A stretch of DNA of 61,443 bases. Source: Pseudomonadota bacterium (lineage in GTDB: Bacteria; Myxococcota; Myxococcia; Myxococcales; Anaeromyxobacteraceae). The number at the start of each line of letters is the position of its first letter. Position 1 is the first letter of the stretch. Below the pieces are notes generated by a model. The model had not been told where the DNA came from. It saw only the letters and a program-made list of their open reading frames with translations, and did no database searches. The DNA lies in contig JAEYZK010000262.1 in the NCBI GenBank assembly GCA_023428085.1, positions 1-61,443 of the forward strand, written 5' to 3'. A program made the translations under genes and the position numbers. Shown here piece by piece: positions 56,626-61,443 of this stretch.

Positions 56626-57635
56626 GCGCGCCCGCGCGGAGGTGGACGCCGTCGCCGGTGGTGTGGCCGCTGGTCGCGCTGGCGGCGCTCCTGCTCTACA
56701 ACCTGTTCTTCACGCAGAACTTCTTCGACCTCGCCCTCCGCGAAGGCCGCCTCTACGGCAGCCTGGTGGACGTGGTGAAGAACTCCGTCCCGGTGATGAT
56801 CGTGGCGCTCGGGATGACGCTCGTGATCGCCACGGGCGGCATCGACATCTCGGTCGGCGCGGTGGCGGCGATCGCCGGCGCGGTCGCGGGCGTGCTCGTC
56901 GTCTCCCACCAGGCACCCCTCTGGATCGTGCTCGTCCTCCCGCTCGTCGCGGCGCTCGTGTGCGGGGCGTTCAACGCGGTCCTCGTCACGGGGCTCGCCA
57001 TCCAGCCGATCATCGCCACCCTCATCCTGATGGTGGCCGGGCGCGGGGTGGCCCGGCTCATCGTCGGCGGCTCGGCGCTCCGCTTCCCGGGGAAGATGCC
57101 CTCCTTCGCGTACCTCGGGTCCGGCTACTTCCTCGGCGTGCCGGTGCGGGTCTACGTGGCCGCCGGGCTGCTCCTGCTCATCCTCCTGGCCCTGCGGCTC
57201 ACGCCCCTCCGGCTCTACGTCCAGGCGATCGGCGGAAACGCGAAGGCCAGCCGGTACGCGGGCGTGAGCGTGCGGGCCGTGAAGGCGGTGGCCTACGTCT
57301 TCTCCGGGCTGTGCGCCGGGCTGGCGGGTGTCATCCTCACCGCGAACATCCAGGGCGCGGACGCGGGCACCGTCGGCATCAACATCGAGCTGGACGCCAT
57401 CCTCGCGGTGGTCATCGGAGGCACGAGCATGAACGGCGGGCGGTTCCGGCTCGGCGGCTCGGTGCTCGGGGCGATCCTCATCCAGACGATGACCACCACC
57501 ATCCTGACGAAGGGCGTGCCCGTCCAGTACACGCAGCTCGTGAAGGCGCTCGTGGTCGTCGCCGTGATCCTGCTCCAGTCGCCGGAGTTCCGGCGGCAGC
57601 TCGGCGGGATCGTGCCGGGGAGGGCGGCGCCGTGA
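56622..57635 (+). CDS. ytfT: Monosaccharide ABC permease, YtfT-like
   Basis: GRLYGSLVD, GMTLVIATGGIDISVG, IQPIIATLILMVAGRG, ELDAILAVVIGG. Confidence 0.78.
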   Translation: MSAPARRWTPSPVVWPLVALAALLLYNLFFTQNFFDLALREGRLYGSLVDVVKNSVPVMIVALGMTLVIATGGIDISVGAVAAIAGAVAGVLVVSHQAPLWIVLVLPLVAALVCGAFNAVLVTGLAIQPIIATLILMVAGRGVARLIVGGSALRFPGKMPSFAYLGSGYFLGVPVRVYVAAGLLLLILLALRLTPLRLYVQAIGGNAKASRYAGVSVRAVKAVAYVFSGLCAGLAGVILTANIQGADAGTVGINIELDAILAVVIGGTSMNGGRFRLGGSVLGAILIQTMTTTILTKGVPVQYTQLVKALVVVAVILLQSPEFRRQLGGIVPGRAAP

Positions 57636-58717
57636 GCCTCCGGGGGAGCGTGCCCTTCAACCGCAAGTACCTTCCGCTCGTGGCGACGTCGGTGGTCTTC
57701 CTCGTCGTCTTCGTCGCCGCCGGCGTGATGTACGACGGCTTCGTCACGGTCAACAACTTCGCGAACCTCCTCACCCGCGGCTCCTTCGTCGGGCTGTGCG
57801 CGGTGGGCATGACGTTCGTCATCATCGCGGGCGGGATCGACCTGTCCGTCGGGTCGATGGTCGCCTTCGCGTCCACCCTCCTCGCGTGGCTCACCGAGAT
57901 CCAGGGGGTGCCCGCGCCGCTCGCGGTCCTGTTCGTGCTCGCCCTCGGGACGCTGTTCGGGCTGGCGCAGGGGGCGATGATCCACTTCTACAAGGCGCCC
58001 GCGTTCATCGTCACGCTGGCGGGCATGTTCCTGCTCCGCGGCCTGGCCTTCGTCGTGGCCCCGAACCAGGCGGCGCTCGGGGTCGCGAACCCGACGCTCG
58101 TGCGGCTCGCGGAGTTCGAGCTGCCGATCGGCTTCGACGCCAACCTCCGGTTCGGCGCGCTCGCCTTGGTCGCGGCGGTGATCGTCGCCGCGCTCGTCCT
58201 GGGCCGCACCCGCTTCGGCCGCAACGTGTACGCGGTGGGCGGGAGCGAGCAGTCCGTGCTGCTGATGGGCCTCCCGCTCGCCCGCACGAAGCTCGGGATC
58301 TACGCGATCAGCGGGTTCTGCTCCGCCCTCGCGGGCCTCGCGCTCGTCGTCGAGACGCAGTCCGGGAACCCGAGCGAGGCGGTGGGCTACGAGCTCGAGG
58401 CGATCGCCGCGGTGGTCATCGGCGGGACGCTCCTCACCGGCGGCTACGGGTTCGTCGCCGGCACGCTCGTCGGCGTCCTCATCCGCCAGGTCATCTACAC
58501 GATCATCGAGTACAACGGCCGGCTGACCGTGGACTGGGCGATGATCGTGATCGGCGCCCTCCTCCTCGTCTTCATCCTCCTCCAGCGGTTCTTCTCGCAG
58601 GGCACCGCGGCCGGGCGGGCCACCGCGCGGCGGCTCACCGCGCCGCCGCCACGGCTGGCGCCCGTGCCCCCGCCCCCGGCCCGCTCGCCGGCCCGGATCG
58701 GCGCCGAGGATCCGTAG
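57632..58717 (+). CDS. yjfF: Monosaccharide ABC permease, YjfF-like
   Basis: AVGMTFVII.GGIDLSVG, FIVTLAGMF..RG, FGRNVYAVGG..S..LMGL. Confidence 0.78.
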   Translation: MSLRGSVPFNRKYLPLVATSVVFLVVFVAAGVMYDGFVTVNNFANLLTRGSFVGLCAVGMTFVIIAGGIDLSVGSMVAFASTLLAWLTEIQGVPAPLAVLFVLALGTLFGLAQGAMIHFYKAPAFIVTLAGMFLLRGLAFVVAPNQAALGVANPTLVRLAEFELPIGFDANLRFGALALVAAVIVAALVLGRTRFGRNVYAVGGSEQSVLLMGLPLARTKLGIYAISGFCSALAGLALVVETQSGNPSEAVGYELEAIAAVVIGGTLLTGGYGFVAGTLVGVLIRQVIYTIIEYNGRLTVDWAMIVIGALLLVFILLQRFFSQGTAAGRATARRLTAPPPRLAPVPPPPARSPARIGAEDP

Positions 58718-58732
58718 CCTGCCCCCGTTCGC

Positions 58733-59740
58733 ATGTCCTCCGCCCCCGAGACCGCGCTCGTCGCCCTCGACTGGGGGACGAGCACCCTCCGGGCGTACCG
58801 CCTCGGGCCCGGCGGCGCGGTGCTGGAGCACCGCGCGCTGCCCGCCGGGATCCAGCGCCTGCGCCCCGGCGCCACCGCGGCGCCCGCCGACTTCGCGCGC
58901 GCCTTCGCCGAGGCTTGCGGCGACTGGCGGGCCGCGGCGCCCGACGCGCCGGCGCTCGCCTGCGGGATGGTCGGCAGCGCCCAGGGCTGGCGCGAGGCGC
59001 CCTACGTGGACGTCCCGGCCGATCCCACCGCGCTCGCCGGCGCGCTCACCCGCGTGGAGGCGCCCGGCGGGCCGCTCTGGCTCGTCCCCGGGCTCCGCGC
59101 ACCCGGCGCGCTCCCCGGCGTGCTGCGCGGGGAGGAGACGCAGCTCGCCGGACTGATGGGCGCGCTGCCCGCCGCCGGCACGTCCGTCGTGGGCCTTCCG
59201 GGCACGCACGCGAAGTGGGCGCGGGTCGCGGAGGGCCGCGTCGTCGGGTTCGACACCTTCATGACGGGCGAGGTCTTCGAGGCGCTCGCGCGCCACACGA
59301 TCCTCGCCCGCACGCTGCGCCTCGGCGCGGCCCCGGACCTCGCCGCGTTCGATCGCGGCCTCGCGGCGGCGCGCTCGGACGAGGGGCGCGGCGGGCTGCT
59401 CTCGACCGCGTTCAGCGTCCGCACGCTCGGCCTCGCGGGTGCGCTCGGGCCGGAGGCGCAGGCGGACTACCTCTCCGGCCTCGTCCTCGGCCACGAGCTG
59501 CGCGGGCTGGAGGAGCTCCGGCCCGGGCTCCTCGCGGGCGCGGCGCGGGTGGTGCTCGCCGGCGCGCCCGCGCTGTGCGAGCGGTACCGGCGCGCCCTCG
59601 CCCACCTCGCCCTCCCCTCCCCCACGATCGTGGAGGACGCGGCCGAGCGCGGGCTCTGGCGGATCGCGGCCGCGGCGGGGCTGGTGCAGGATGGGCCCGC
59701 GGGTGCAGGCTCGGGCCCGGGGGGACTCACGGGAGGATGA
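58733..59740 (+). CDS. dgoK: 2-dehydro-3-deoxygalactonokinase
   Basis: DWGTSTLRA, GMVGSAQGW.EAPY, RGEETQ, PGTHAKW, TFMTGE. Confidence 0.92.
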   Translation: MSSAPETALVALDWGTSTLRAYRLGPGGAVLEHRALPAGIQRLRPGATAAPADFARAFAEACGDWRAAAPDAPALACGMVGSAQGWREAPYVDVPADPTALAGALTRVEAPGGPLWLVPGLRAPGALPGVLRGEETQLAGLMGALPAAGTSVVGLPGTHAKWARVAEGRVVGFDTFMTGEVFEALARHTILARTLRLGAAPDLAAFDRGLAAARSDEGRGGLLSTAFSVRTLGLAGALGPEAQADYLSGLVLGHELRGLEELRPGLLAGAARVVLAGAPALCERYRRALAHLALPSPTIVEDAAERGLWRIAAAAGLVQDGPAGAGSGPGGLTGG

Positions 59741-60370
59741 ATGTTCGACCAGGCGCTCCAGAGCTGCGGCCTCATCGCCATCCTTCGCGGTCTTCGCCCC
59801 GGCGACGCGGCCGGCGTCGGCGCGGCCCTGTACGGCGCTGGGTTCCGCGTCGTGGAGGTCCCCCTCAACTCGCCCGAGCCGCTCGAGAGCGTCCGGATCC
59901 TCCGCCGCACCTTGCCCCCGGACTGCGTCGTCGGGGCGGGCACGGTCCTCGCGCCGGCGCAGGTCGCCGAGGTGCGCGCCGCGGGGGGACAGCTCGTCGT
60001 GCTGCCGCACTGCGATCCCGCGGTGATCCGCGCCGCCCGCGCCGAGGGGCTCTGGGTCACGCCCGGGGTGGCCACGCCCACGGAGGCGTTCGCGGCGCTC
60101 GCGGCGGGCGCGACCGCGCTCAAGCTCTTCCCGGCGGAGGCGCTCCCGCCGGAGGTGGTGAAGGCGTGGCGCGCGGTGCTCCCGGCCGGCACCCGCCTCG
60201 TCCCCGTCGGCGGCATCACGGTCGCGCGCCTCGCCCCCTACCTCGCCGCCGGCGCCGCCGGCTTCGGGATCGGCTCCGCGGTCTACCGGCCCGGGGCAGG
60301 CGCGGAGGAGGTCGGCGCGCGCGCCGCCGCGCTCGTGGGCGCGTGGCGCGCCGCGGTGGCGGCGCGGTGA
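59741..60370 (+). CDS. dgoA: 2-dehydro-3-deoxy-6-phosphogalactonate aldolase
   Basis: [42 protein letters not shown]. Confidence 0.93.
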   Translation: MFDQALQSCGLIAILRGLRPGDAAGVGAALYGAGFRVVEVPLNSPEPLESVRILRRTLPPDCVVGAGTVLAPAQVAEVRAAGGQLVVLPHCDPAVIRAARAEGLWVTPGVATPTEAFAALAAGATALKLFPAEALPPEVVKAWRAVLPAGTRLVPVGGITVARLAPYLAAGAAGFGIGSAVYRPGAGAEEVGARAAALVGAWRAAVAAR

Positions 60371-60425
60371 CGTTCCGCGGGCGCGGGCGTGGGCTCGTGC
60401 TCGTTCACGGGAAGCGGAGGCCTGC

Positions 60426-61443
60426 ATGAAGATCACCAAGCTCACCACGTTCCTCGCCCCGCCGCGCTGGCTCTTCCTGAAGATCGACACCGACGAAGGG
60501 ATCGCCGGGTGGGGCGAGCCGGTCCTCGAGGGCCGCGCCCAGACGGTCGCCGCCGCGGTCGAGGAGCTCGCCGACTACCTCGTCGGCAAGGACCCGCTGC
60601 GCATCGAGGACCACTGGACGGTGCTCTACCGCGGCGGCTTCTACCGCGGGGGCGGCATCCACATGAGCGCGCTCGCCGGCATCGACCAGGCGCTCTGGGA
60701 CATCAAGGGCAAGGCGGCCGGCCTGCCCGTCCACCAGCTCCTCGGCGGACCGCTCCGCGACCGGATCCGCGTCTACTCCTGGATCGGCGGCGATCGGCCG
60801 GCGGACACGGCCGCCCAGGCGCGCGCCGCCGTGGACCGCGGCTTCACCGCGGTGAAGATGAACGCCACCGGCGAGCTGCAGTTCCTGGACTCGAACGCGA
60901 AGGTCGATCGCGCGGTCGAGAGCGTGGCCGCGGTGCGCGCCGCCGTCGGAGGCGACGTCGGCATCGGCCTCGACTTCCACGGCCGCGTGCACAGGCCGAT
61001 GGCGAAGGTGCTGCTGAAGGAGCTCGAGCCCTTCCGGCTCATGTTCGTCGAGGAGCCGGTGCTCTCCGAGCACCACGAGGCGCTCCGGGAGCTGGCCGGG
61101 ATCTCCAGCGTGCCCATCGCCCTCGGCGAGCGGCTCTACTCGCGCTGGGACTTCAAGCGCATCCTGGCCGACGGCTTCGTGGACGTGATCCAGCCCGACC
61201 CCTCGCACGCCGGCGGCATCACCGAGACGCGCAAGATCGCGGCGATGGCCGAGGCGTACGACGTGGCCCTCGCGCTCCACTGCCCGCTCGGCCCCATCGC
61301 GCTCGCCGTCTGCCTCCAGCTCGACGCCGTCTCCTACAACGCGTTCATCCAGGAGCAGAGCCTCGGCATCCACTACAACCAGGGGAACGACCTGCTCGAC
61401 TACGTGAAGAACCGGGCGGCGTTCACGTACGAGGACGGGCACG
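60426..61443 (+). CDS. dgoD: D-galactonate dehydratase, 3'-truncated by the window edge (absent from the ORF track)
   Basis: Manual translation [38 protein letters not shown]...YRGGFYRGG...DFHGRVH...[10 protein letters not shown]. Confidence 0.95.
   Translation, partial: MKITKLTTFLAPPRWLFLKIDTDEGIAGWGEPVLEGRAQTVAAAVEELADYLVGKDPLRIEDHWTVLYRGGFYRGGGIHMSALAGIDQALWDIKGKAAGLPVHQLLGGPLRDRIRVYSWIGGDRPADTAAQARAAVDRGFTAVKMNATGELQFLDSNAKVDRAVESVAAVRAAVGGDVGIGLDFHGRVHRPMAKVLLKELEPFRLMFVEEPVLSEHHEALRELAGISSVPIALGERLYSRWDFKRILADGFVDVIQPDPSHAGGITETRKIAAMAEAYDVALALHCPLGPIALAVCLQLDAVSYNAFIQEQSLGIHYNQGNDLLDYVKNRAAFTYEDGH

Noticed and set aside
742..61442. Numerous very long Arg/Pro/Gly/Ala-rich ORFs (e.g. 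3271..6030, 12418..16206, 29512..33156, 35553..39068, 57293..60490, 60405..61442)
   Set aside because: They are antisense or off-frame shadows of recognisable genes, expected in high-GC DNA; several track ORFs also have spurious N-terminal extensions
1..61443. tRNA/rRNA genes, transposases, integrases, prophage or defence genes
   Set aside because: None recognised by eye; a tRNAscan/Infernal/HMM run would be needed to exclude small RNAs

Overview
A very GC-rich bacterial chromosomal window. The gene content (bactofilin, DUF2934, hybrid kinases, anaerobic metabolism) suggests an Anaeromyxobacter-like Myxococcota/deltaproteobacterium; this is inference. About 45 real genes are present, and most long ORFs in the track are GC-rich shadow frames. 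The left part holds a partial glgC, a hybrid histidine kinase and a serine-palmitoyltransferase-like enzyme. It also holds a LigC ligase and a stand-alone LigD-type primase-polymerase that flank an MscS + sugar-ABC + LacI block bounded by copies of a REP-like palindrome. Next come two EamA transporters, YebC, an aldo/keto reductase, PPi-dependent PFK, a kinase-CPA2 antiporter-crcB unit and a transketolase. The centre is a Rex-headed operon encoding a Propionibacterium-type transcarboxylase (5S, 12S, small ORF, 1.3S) with methylmalonyl-CoA epimerase, mutase and MeaB, i.e. the core of Wood-Werkman propionate metabolism. The right part has a DUF2723 glycosyltransferase, an Opp system whose OppC carries an Fn3-like insert, a duplicated LacI, an SDR gene remnant and a PhyH-family dioxygenase. 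The strongest candidate for an undescribed system is an apparent operon at 50.6-61.4 kb. It encodes a radical-SAM activase, a glycyl radical enzyme with a non-canonical 'GCND' thiyl-Cys loop, a YtfQRT/YjfF-type (galactofuranose-like) ABC importer and De Ley-Doudoroff dgoK-dgoA-dgoD genes. This suggests a new anaerobic radical route for catabolising a galactose-related sugar. No tRNA, rRNA, CRISPR array or transposase was recognised.
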